DNA of 64,000 nucleotides from an uncultured Bacteroidales bacterium (GTDB lineage Bacteria; Bacteroidota; Bacteroidia; Bacteroidales; Muribaculaceae): NCBI GenBank assembly GCA_958423255.1, contig CATZQR010000003.1, positions 65,440 to 129,439 of the forward strand, read 5' to 3'. Shown piece by piece: positions 57,401 to 64,000 of this stretch (position 1 is its first letter; each line of letters starts with the position of its first letter). The notes under the pieces were generated by a model. It saw only the letters and a program-made list of their open reading frames with translations, ran no database searches and was not told where the DNA came from. The position numbers and the translations under genes were made by a program.

Positions 57401-60400
57401 TGACAAGTAAAGCGGCCGACGGCTCGCTCACACTGCAGATCAAGCTAATCGGCACCACACTCGACGGCTTCGCGATGACGGTTACCCCCGTGCCGGGCGT
57501 AGCGATCCACGTAGCCGATGTGGCGCTGACCGCCGCATCGGAAGTAGCTGCCACACGCGGCACCACCGACACCCCTGTAGGGCATGCCGTATTCTCTGTA
57601 GAGGGCAACAAGAATATCCTCTCGATAAGCGGAGTGAAGGCCAGCGTGGCCGGCTCCACTTCCATAGCCGACATAACCTCCGTAGGCGTGGCTTACACCT
57701 CCCGTCTTGACCGCTTCAACAGCACCTCGATGGTAGGCAAAGCCGCTCCCGCCGCCGATGGCACCGTGGAAATCACCTTCGACCAGCCCGTTGAAATCGA
57801 CGAGGCAGGCGACTACCACTTCTGGCTCACCGGCGACTTCACCGCGACAGCCGAACCCGGCAACATCGTGGAAATCGCCCTCACCGACGTGACCACCTCG
57901 GCAACCGAACCTGTAGAGATTGCCGAAGGCACCAAGGCGGCCCGTTCGCTCAAGGCCGGCATGGCCGGTTCCTACCGCATCGGCGCCTCCGACCAGGCCG
58001 ACTTCGCCACCTTCGCCCTCGCCACCGAGGCGCTGGAGGGCGGCATCCAGGGGTCGGTAATCTTCCTGGTGGAAAGCGGCACCTACGCCGAGAACATCGT
58101 GATTGAGAACGTGGAGGGCACCTCGCAGGAGAATCCTCTGATCTTTATCTCGCAGAGCGGCAACGCCGCCGACGTAGTTATCACCGGCAAGAGCTACGCC
58201 TCCTCGAACGACGACATGGTGCGCGTGGTCAACACCCCCTGGGTGGCCTTCCGCAACATTACGTTCGCCCCCACATCGAGCGGCTACGGCAACGCCATCC
58301 ACTTCCACAACTCCTCGCGCCACTGCACGGTGGAAAACTGCGTGATCACATCCGAAACGCTCAACAGCTCCACTGCCAAGTCAGGTACCAACCTGATCCG
58401 CACCTCGGCCATGTCGGTCGACGAGACCCCTGACAAGAACTACGAAAGCGTGGCCAACACCGAATGCGACTACCTGACCATCCGCAACAACACTCTTAGC
58501 GGCGGTTATATCTCGCTCTATCTCTCTGCCGCCGGATATGTCGGGATGCCCAAAGCCACGGGCATGCTCGTAGAGGGGAACACCATCTCCGAATACTGCT
58601 CGAAAGGCATATACCTGGCCGACCAGGCCGACTTCACCGTGAAGGGCAATACCGTCACGAAGACAGACCTCAACAAAGGCAGCATCTACGCCATGGACGT
58701 CTACCGCGCCGAAGGCGAATTCTCGATTGAAGGCAACAAGCTGAGCACCACCTTCGTAAACGGCGTGGGCGCGAGCGTGAGCACCTCCGTGATCTACATG
58801 CGCGGCACTTCCGGCCACGGCGGCCGCGACGCAGCCCACAAGGCCCGCATCGTGAACAACTCCATCGCCCTGCTCGGAGGCGCCCACTACACCAACTACG
58901 GCCTTTTCCTGGCCAACGCTGGCAGCACTGCCAACGCCTACGGCAACATGATAATCGCCCACAACAGCATCCTGGTGAAATCGGCAAGCCCGACCGCCCG
59001 CGGCGGCTATGCCCTCTTCATCAACCGCTCGAGCGAAGGGTGCGGACTCGAGGTACGCAACAACCTGCTCCAGGCCGTAAGCGCCTCGTCGCCCCTCAAC
59101 ATCTGGAACGACGCCGAACTGACGAATATCGCCTTCTCCGGCAACGCATTCTACGGCGGAAGCGGCAATGTAGACAACCAGTCGACTCCCCACACAATGG
59201 AGACCTACCGCGAGGCCTCGGGCGACCAGACCTCGGTATGGAAACAGGTTGAATTCCTAAGCGACAACGACCTTCGCCTCGCCGAGGCCGACGGCCTCGC
59301 CATGGACCGCGTCGACGGCGTCGATACCGACCTCGAAGGCACCGAACGCGGCACCACGACCACTGCCGGCGCCTACGAATTCAAGCAGATTGTCTCGGAG
59401 ACTCCGGTTATCGCCGAAGGCTATCCCAAGATGGTCAAGACCGCCGACACATCGGCAACAGTGGCCACCCGCTGGAGCGTCGGCGCTCAGGTTTACGCCA
59501 TGGCCGTGAAAGCCGATGCCGAAGCTCCCACAGCCGAACAGCTCAAGGCCCAGCGCCCCACTGCCTGCGAAGCCGACATGGAGATTACCACGACATTCAA
59601 TTTCCTCGACCAGCTCACGGCCTACCGCGCCTACTTCCTGGCCGTTGAACCCCTCGGCGGCGAGAGCGAAATCGCTACCGTCGATTTCACCACTCTCGAG
59701 ACCATCGAGGAGCTTACGGCAGAGATAATGTGGCAGGAAGAACCCTTCCAGGCCGGCGAACAGATTGAACTGTACGCCGTGGCCGAAGGGGGCAAAGAGC
59801 CTTACACCTACACCTGGAGCGACCAGACCGGCACCGTAGATTCCGACGCCGACATCTACTCGGAGGCCGCCACGCGCAGCCGCAGCTATACCCTCAAGGT
59901 GACATCGGCCGACGGCCAGACGGCCTACGCCAAGGCCAATGTGCCCGTCGTGACCCAGAACCTCGCCATCGCCACATTCGAAGACCTTCCCCTCGAGCCC
60001 GAGAGCAGCTGGATGATGGACGAACACGCCACGGAAGACACCTACACTGATGCCTTCTTCAGCGGCTCGATGCAGTTCGGCAACTTCCCGTTGGTTAACT
60101 GGAGCGCATGGAGCGGCTACGGCTTCGCCAACGAGACGTCGACGACTTTCACCGACTATAAGACAAGCCAGATGCGCAACTGCGTGGGCGGCGGAGCCGA
60201 AGGAACCACCAACTACGGTGTAGGCTACCTTTACGAAGGCACCAACGGAAGCATCGCCATCAATGTGCCCGAAACAGGCGTTGCCGTTCCCGGCATGTAT
60301 GTCACCAACTCCGCATGGACCATCGACTATATTCTCCACGGCTCGCAGGGCTTCGGCTCGGCATTCGCCGACGGCGACTATCTCGAGCTGGTGGTTGAGG

Positions 60401-60906
60401 GCATGCTCGGCACCACCTCGACCGGCAACGTCCGCGTAGCCCTGGCCGACTACCGCGCAGCAGCCGCCACGGCGGCCGAGGGAACGGAGACTGAGCCCTC
60501 GAAATTCCTCACCGAATGGAAATGGGTTGATCTCAGCGGTCTTGGCAACATCGACAAGCTGAAACTCTCGATTACCGGTTCGGCCAACCAGATCACTAAA
60601 GTGCCGAATTATGTGTGCATCGACCAGATTGGTGCCGCCGATCCCTCGGGCGTAGGAAGCGCCAAGTCCGACACCTTCGACGGTGGCATACGCATCCTGC
60701 TTCCCACCCCGCGCACTCTTACCGTGACCGGCGTCGACGGAGCCTACACCCTGCGTCTCTACTCGGTCGACGGCATCTGCCGCGACACTCATAAGCTTGA
60801 AGGAGCCTCGACGGTGAGCATCGACCGCCTCGCCCCGGGCACCTATGTGGCCGAAGTGACTACCGCCGACGGCGGCCGCCACACGGTCCGTATCCTCAAA
60901 AAGTAA
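54490..60906 (+). CDS. giant (2138 aa) multidomain T9SS cargo protein: N-terminal CUB-like repeats, central right-handed parallel beta-helix, C-terminal ~240-aa beta-rich domain, T9SS CTD
   Basis: The signal peptide is MKKLITSLLMLAAAAAWTSAWA. There are four or more CUB-like modules (YP.N.PYNYCGWV...; FYDAGGPDG...VYSG). The beta-helix has NxxxxGN-type rungs (IRNNTLSGG, VEGNTISEY, VKGNTVTKT, IVNNSIAL, VRNNLLQAV). The C-terminus GTYVAEVTTADGGRHTVRILKK is a T9SS tail. The in-frame upstream extension to 54196 runs over the riboswitch and would bury the signal peptide, so I rejected it. Confidence 0.85.
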   Translation: MKKLITSLLMLAAAAAWTSAWADPAEVTHPKKDKDSNPNAYYTVGDEGTIYHSMDYPKNAPYNYCGWVTFVPANEGDPLNIEFTEFTVTSTDQTGPFVYIYDDDTILKSKFTNYSDPAPEGYIAAITAENASAMVTSTTGKLAVLYAPKANKSGYTAVTGTYTAKVTSAPPTDMVFQEATLESAAGLISRGMTDVPLATITVKTKGSLNPLTLDALSLDLSALTASGLVSNLRIYDTAIDEANLLTTLADGATTLTASGVTLKGTSKFILAADASASGYGTIPAPTLSALTIGGTSYDADASALTALELSNAILMPDGGKHATFTIDADTKFYDAGGPDGNIPLNAEGTLTLVPATAGTIIKFDPASWKLFDTSSVGYNDIFRAYSGREVADDALIADLCAKGRILYSTAADGSMTIYFKSVQGNASSAKAGWEATLSAITPTDMTVGSITALTSQPAKPGAGDKVDNLLLFDVRAENTLNPLDLTALNFALPEGAKAATSITVSYLGSEADSKTSTPYGTAEIGADGTATVSGSLTLKEGSNIFAVAATVAGTANNGDIAGIRLTGITASGKTTPAEGVEATVEVENVCRLTEGEHSHTIYGPWQFTHTTASEYSSKYAASTSDHTVTFTPAEAGTVAQLTFKDFNVYYSATSYGTKAKFEVYSGTGANRTLLWSLTDPNKAAEGPGMKLRSTAADGSLTVVFNPNTSSSYYTANGWHATVEPFTDHAATVSAIEVAQASTDIVGPGTADAELIKFSVETEGTISPLTLNGINLTVKGKEALDKVKVYTTTDGTMANATLWGSAEMPAEGNALTVAPAEESALQPLPEAKTRFIIAADVKSVVDSDIAVDAAVSSLKFTDGSTYTVENGDPEGERLTKNIYILGADATQTVMVGSPIAFYDNGGPDGKSSPVECTVTFIPTDPEAKLVLDTQAFSIGGGKIHVFSGREVNEENRLGKATGYFTTTGPAELTSKAADGSLTLQIKLIGTTLDGFAMTVTPVPGVAIHVADVALTAASEVAATRGTTDTPVGHAVFSVEGNKNILSISGVKASVAGSTSIADITSVGVAYTSRLDRFNSTSMVGKAAPAADGTVEITFDQPVEIDEAGDYHFWLTGDFTATAEPGNIVEIALTDVTTSATEPVEIAEGTKAARSLKAGMAGSYRIGASDQADFATFALATEALEGGIQGSVIFLVESGTYAENIVIENVEGTSQENPLIFISQSGNAADVVITGKSYASSNDDMVRVVNTPWVAFRNITFAPTSSGYGNAIHFHNSSRHCTVENCVITSETLNSSTAKSGTNLIRTSAMSVDETPDKNYESVANTECDYLTIRNNTLSGGYISLYLSAAGYVGMPKATGMLVEGNTISEYCSKGIYLADQADFTVKGNTVTKTDLNKGSIYAMDVYRAEGEFSIEGNKLSTTFVNGVGASVSTSVIYMRGTSGHGGRDAAHKARIVNNSIALLGGAHYTNYGLFLANAGSTANAYGNMIIAHNSILVKSASPTARGGYALFINRSSEGCGLEVRNNLLQAVSASSPLNIWNDAELTNIAFSGNAFYGGSGNVDNQSTPHTMETYREASGDQTSVWKQVEFLSDNDLRLAEADGLAMDRVDGVDTDLEGTERGTTTTAGAYEFKQIVSETPVIAEGYPKMVKTADTSATVATRWSVGAQVYAMAVKADAEAPTAEQLKAQRPTACEADMEITTTFNFLDQLTAYRAYFLAVEPLGGESEIATVDFTTLETIEELTAEIMWQEEPFQAGEQIELYAVAEGGKEPYTYTWSDQTGTVDSDADIYSEAATRSRSYTLKVTSADGQTAYAKANVPVVTQNLAIATFEDLPLEPESSWMMDEHATEDTYTDAFFSGSMQFGNFPLVNWSAWSGYGFANETSTTFTDYKTSQMRNCVGGGAEGTTNYGVGYLYEGTNGSIAINVPETGVAVPGMYVTNSAWTIDYILHGSQGFGSAFADGDYLELVVEGMLGTTSTGNVRVALADYRAAAATAAEGTETEPSKFLTEWKWVDLSGLGNIDKLKLSITGSANQITKVPNYVCIDQIGAADPSGVGSAKSDTFDGGIRILLPTPRTLTVTGVDGAYTLRLYSVDGICRDTHKLEGASTVSIDRLAPGTYVAEVTTADGGRHTVRILKK

Positions 60907-60956
60907 ACAGAAGGCCCCTCGGGGGGCCATCTGCGTTTGGGTTTTTACAGTGAAGG

Positions 60957-61000
60957 CGATGTGTCAAAATTCAACAATTTGACACATCGCCCTATTTTTA
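60957..61000 (+). terminator. rho-independent terminator after the giant gene
   Basis: The perfect 12-bp stem CGATGTGTCAAA-attcaacaa-TTTGACACATCG is followed by cccTATTTTTA. There is an additional GC hairpin GGCCCCtcggGGGGCC at 60912-60928. Confidence 0.7.
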
Positions 61001-61268
61001 CCCGGATGGCGAGGGCGCTGTCAGCCATCGACCTTTGGTCGCTTTGCTATGCAAAGAATGGTCCAGATGGTAGGAGCTTGAGGGTTAGGGTGAAGGGAGT
61101 TGACTAAGGTCAATGACCGAACCCGAATCCCTCACGCGACGCCCCAGATGGGCTATTATGACACACCCTCTTTCATTTTCAACTCTGATGCAACAAGGAC
61201 GGCTTGCCGGGCGTTTGTAAATAAGGGCGGTCGACGGACCGCACTATTTTACTAAAATTACCGAGACG

Positions 61269-62156
61269 ATGAAACGGATTGTATTGATGGGAGCCACGTC
61301 GGGCATAGGGCTGGCGCTGGCCGAACGGCTGGCAGCCGACGGCCACCGCATAGGCGTGGCCGGCAGGAAAACCGAAGTGATGCGCGAACTGCAGAAGCGA
61401 TATCCCGAGCAGATTGTCTACTCCCGTATCGACGTGACCGACGCCGAGGCGCCGCGTAAACTCCACGACCTTATCGAAAGGCTCGGAGGCATGGACGTCT
61501 ATTTCCACATTGCCGGAATCGGCTTCAGCAACGAAGCGCTCGAAACCGACAGGGAGCTGCTGACGATGCAGACCAACGTGGTAGGATTCACACGAATGGT
61601 CGACACGGCTTTCCGATACTTCCGCGACCACGGCGGCCGCGGCCATATCGGCGCAATCTCATCGGTAGCCGGAACCAAAGGGATAGCCCAGATAGCGGCC
61701 TACAGCGCCTCAAAACGCTTCCAGCAGACATATCTTACGGCGCTCGAACAGCTCGCACGCCGGCAGCGGCTGCAGATACGCTTCACCGACATAAGGCCGG
61801 GATGGATCCGCACCCCGCTGCTCGACGCCGACCAGAATTATCCTATGTCGATGACATTGGGCTACGCCGTGCCGCGCATACACCGCGCGATGGTCTGCGG
61901 GCGCCGCGTGGCTACGGTCGACTGGCGCTGGCGGATGCTCACGGCGGTATGGCGGCTGATTCCCGACGCTCTGTGGATTCGCATGCGAATCCCTATCTCC
62001 ACCATAGCCTCCGAAGCCCAGACACGCCGCAACGAGACTGCCGCAGAAGCCCCTCTGGAGCGCCTGGAGGAAGCCGCACCGACTGTATCGCAGAAGGGCC
62101 CCGACGCGAAACCCGCCGCAGCTACGGCCGACTCTACAGCAAAGCCAAAAGTTTAA
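61269..62156 (+). CDS. short-chain dehydrogenase/reductase (SDR) family oxidoreductase with low-complexity C-terminal tail
   Basis: It has the Rossmann motif GATSGIGLALA and the catalytic YxxxK (YSASK). Confidence 0.8.
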   Translation: MKRIVLMGATSGIGLALAERLAADGHRIGVAGRKTEVMRELQKRYPEQIVYSRIDVTDAEAPRKLHDLIERLGGMDVYFHIAGIGFSNEALETDRELLTMQTNVVGFTRMVDTAFRYFRDHGGRGHIGAISSVAGTKGIAQIAAYSASKRFQQTYLTALEQLARRQRLQIRFTDIRPGWIRTPLLDADQNYPMSMTLGYAVPRIHRAMVCGRRVATVDWRWRMLTAVWRLIPDALWIRMRIPISTIASEAQTRRNETAAEAPLERLEEAAPTVSQKGPDAKPAAATADSTAKPKV

Positions 62157-62176
62157 GACATTTGAAAACTTTTACT

Positions 62177-62184
62177 TAACTTTG
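62177..62184 (+). promoter_or_regulatory. TAACTTTG -7 box (TAACTTTGCGG) upstream of the THUMP methyltransferase
   Basis: Matches TAnnTTTG and lies 23 bp before the ATG. Confidence 0.3.
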
Positions 62185-62206
62185 CGGCAAATTAGCAACC
62201 GCTGCG

Positions 62207-63823
62207 ATGAAAGAACAATTTGAAATGGTAGCCAAAACCTTCCAGGGACTGGAGGAGGTGCTGGCCGAGGAGTTGCGCGCACTCGGCGCGCTGAATGTCG
62301 AACCCGGGCGCCGCATGGTGCAGTTCGAGGGCGATCTTGAAATGCTCTACAAGGCCAACCTGTGCTGCCGCACGGCGTTGCGTATTCTCAAACCCTTCTA
62401 CAACTTTACGGCCCGCAACACCGACGAGCTTTACGACCGCGCCAAGGAGTTCGACTGGGGGTCGCTGATGTCGGTGGGAAGCACTTTCTCGATCGACACG
62501 GTTGCCTACAGCGACGACTTCACCCACTCTCGCTTCGTGACCTACCGCGTGAAAGACGCCATCGTCGACTGGTTCAAGGACCGTTACGGCGAGGATAAGC
62601 GTCCGGGCGTGCGGCTGCAGGGCGCCGACGTGATGATCAACGTGCACATCGCCGGCGGCAACGTGACGCTCTCGCTCGATTCGTCGGGCGAGTCGCTCCA
62701 CAAGCGCGGCTACCGCGTGGCGCAGACCGAGGCGCCCATCAACGAGGTGCTCGCCGCGGGGATAATCCTGCGCAGCGGCTGGCGCGGCGACTGCCCGCTG
62801 GTCGACCCGATGTGCGGGTCGGGCACATTCCTGATTGAGGCCGCTCTGATTGCCGCCAACATCAATCCGGGCGTTTACCGCAAACACTTCGCCTTCGAGA
62901 ACTGGAAAGATTTCGACTCCGCGCTGTTCGACCGCCTCTACAACGACGACTCGGCCGAGCGCGAGTTCAAATATAAAATCTACGGCGCCGATATCTCGCC
63001 CAAGGCCGTGGAGATAGCCGACCGCAACATCCGCAGCGCAGGCGTGGGGCGCATGATCGACCTGCAGACCAAACCGCTCTCGGCATGGACCGAAGCTCCC
63101 GAGGGGGGTGTTCTCATCACCAATCCACCCTACGGCGAGCGCATCGGCTCCGACAACATGGAGGGCCTCTACGCCCTCATCGGCCAGAAACTGAAAAACG
63201 TGTTCAAAGGCTACCACGCCTGGATTATCGCCGCTAAAAACGAATACATCCCGAAAATCGGCCTCTCCCCTTCGGAGAAGATTCCCATCCTCAACGGCTC
63301 GATCGAATGCGAGCTCCGCGAATACATTATCTTCGAAGGTGATTACAAGAGTTTCCGCCGGGAGGGTGGACGCCTGCGCGACATCGATGAAAAGAAAGCA
63401 GAGCGCCGCAGCGAGCGCCGCGAAAAGAAATTCGGACGCCTCAACGGCGAACGCCACGGCAACGGAAAATTCCACTCCGACCGCAAGGCTTTCCGCGACA
63501 AAAACCGCCAGGGGGGCCGCGACGGTCGCTCGCGCGAACGCGACTTCGCCGACAAGCGCCGCGAACGCCGCAGCGACAAGGCCGGCGAACCGCGCAACAA
63601 GCTCGAGGAGCGCTACAGCCCGCGCGGAGCTTTCCGCCCGGGACGCCCCGGCCAGGGACGTACATTCACATCCGACCGACCGCTCGATGCCGACCGCCGC
63701 AAGCCCGACAGCGAGAATCCGCTGGCACTGCGCCGCAACGAGGATGCACTGAAGATGCTCTCCAACAAACAGCCGTCGCTGCCGCCATTCCGCAGTCGCC
63801 GCAAGAATTCCGACAACGACTGA
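62207..63823 (+). CDS. THUMP-domain class I SAM-dependent RNA methyltransferase (RlmL/RlmK-like, COG0116) with Arg-rich basic C-terminal extension
   Basis: It has a THUMP N-domain. The SAM motif is VDPMCGSGTFLIEA and the catalytic motif is NPPYGERI. The tail is ~170 aa, R/K/E-rich and low-complexity. Confidence 0.8.
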   Translation: MKEQFEMVAKTFQGLEEVLAEELRALGALNVEPGRRMVQFEGDLEMLYKANLCCRTALRILKPFYNFTARNTDELYDRAKEFDWGSLMSVGSTFSIDTVAYSDDFTHSRFVTYRVKDAIVDWFKDRYGEDKRPGVRLQGADVMINVHIAGGNVTLSLDSSGESLHKRGYRVAQTEAPINEVLAAGIILRSGWRGDCPLVDPMCGSGTFLIEAALIAANINPGVYRKHFAFENWKDFDSALFDRLYNDDSAEREFKYKIYGADISPKAVEIADRNIRSAGVGRMIDLQTKPLSAWTEAPEGGVLITNPPYGERIGSDNMEGLYALIGQKLKNVFKGYHAWIIAAKNEYIPKIGLSPSEKIPILNGSIECELREYIIFEGDYKSFRREGGRLRDIDEKKAERRSERREKKFGRLNGERHGNGKFHSDRKAFRDKNRQGGRDGRSRERDFADKRRERRSDKAGEPRNKLEERYSPRGAFRPGRPGQGRTFTSDRPLDADRRKPDSENPLALRRNEDALKMLSNKQPSLPPFRSRRKNSDND

Positions 63824-63853
63824 TTTCACCAACCATACTCACCTTTCCGACAG

Positions 63854-64000
63854 ATGAACATCCTACTGCTTGGCTCAGGCGGCCGCGAATCGGCCCTGGC
63901 CTGGAAAATAAGCTGCAGCCCCTTCACCCGCAAGCTATTCATCGCCCCCGGCAACGGCGGCACAGGCAATTTCGGCGTCAATGTGGCCATTTCGCCACTC
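63854..64000 (+). CDS. purD: phosphoribosylamine--glycine ligase (3' partial, runs off window)
   Basis: The N-terminus [19 protein letters not shown] is the canonical PurD start. Confidence 0.85.
   Translation, partial: MNILLLGSGGRESALAWKISCSPFTRKLFIAPGNGGTGNFGVNVAISPL

Noticed and set aside
1-64000. CRISPR arrays, rRNA, integrases/transposases, tmRNA/RNase P/SRP RNA
   Set aside because: I looked for regularly spaced identical repeats, rRNA-like conserved blocks, tyrosine-recombinase/DDE motifs and the hallmark boxes of RNase P (GGAAAGTCCGG), tmRNA and SRP RNA. None were found. The only RNA genes I can support are tRNA-Asp and the cobalamin riboswitch.

Overview
This is a 64 kb window from a high-GC (~60-65%) Bacteroidota chromosome. 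The phylum call rests on T9SS C-terminal sorting domains, SD-less gene starts, and recurrent TAnnTTTG -7 promoter boxes. Most of the window is core housekeeping: luxS (5' partial), coaX, an OMP / LptC-like / CorC-CBS / hflX cluster, dgt, ldcA, a radical-SAM gene, frr-pyrH, a long-form purF, metG, ansA, pepD, an skp-like gene, tRNA-Asp, an RND tripartite efflux operon (adaptor, permease, TolC-like), lpxA, pfkA, aroB, an HAD gene, crp/fnr, pheT, yebC, riboflavin synthase, a GH31 gene, an SDR gene, a THUMP methyltransferase, and purD (3' partial). Two accessory stretches stand out. The first is an AT-rich (~40% GC) island at about 8.47-10.9 kb. It carries a C10 (streptopain-like) cysteine peptidase lipoprotein and a translationally coupled downstream lipoprotein that could be its cognate inhibitor. 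The second is a 49.9-61 kb block containing two very large T9SS cargo genes. One is a 1021-aa phosphatidylinositol-specific phospholipase C (PI-PLC) X-domain protein, lower in GC and flanked by near-identical hairpins. The other is a 2138-aa multidomain protein (CUB-like repeats, a parallel beta-helix, a C-terminal ~240-aa beta-rich domain) whose long leader holds a well-conserved cobalamin riboswitch. That pairing suggests a B12-regulated, secreted or surface corrinoid-capturing protein that has not, to my knowledge, been described. I also found a MITE-like element in two copies, a leader hairpin motif shared by the efflux operon and the giant gene, four tandem 30-bp repeats ahead of the efflux operon, and a muramidase plus holin-like pair. 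Many long antisense ORFs in the six-frame track are high-GC artefacts. Several track ORFs begin at TTG/GTG, and I re-anchored those to plausible ATG starts.
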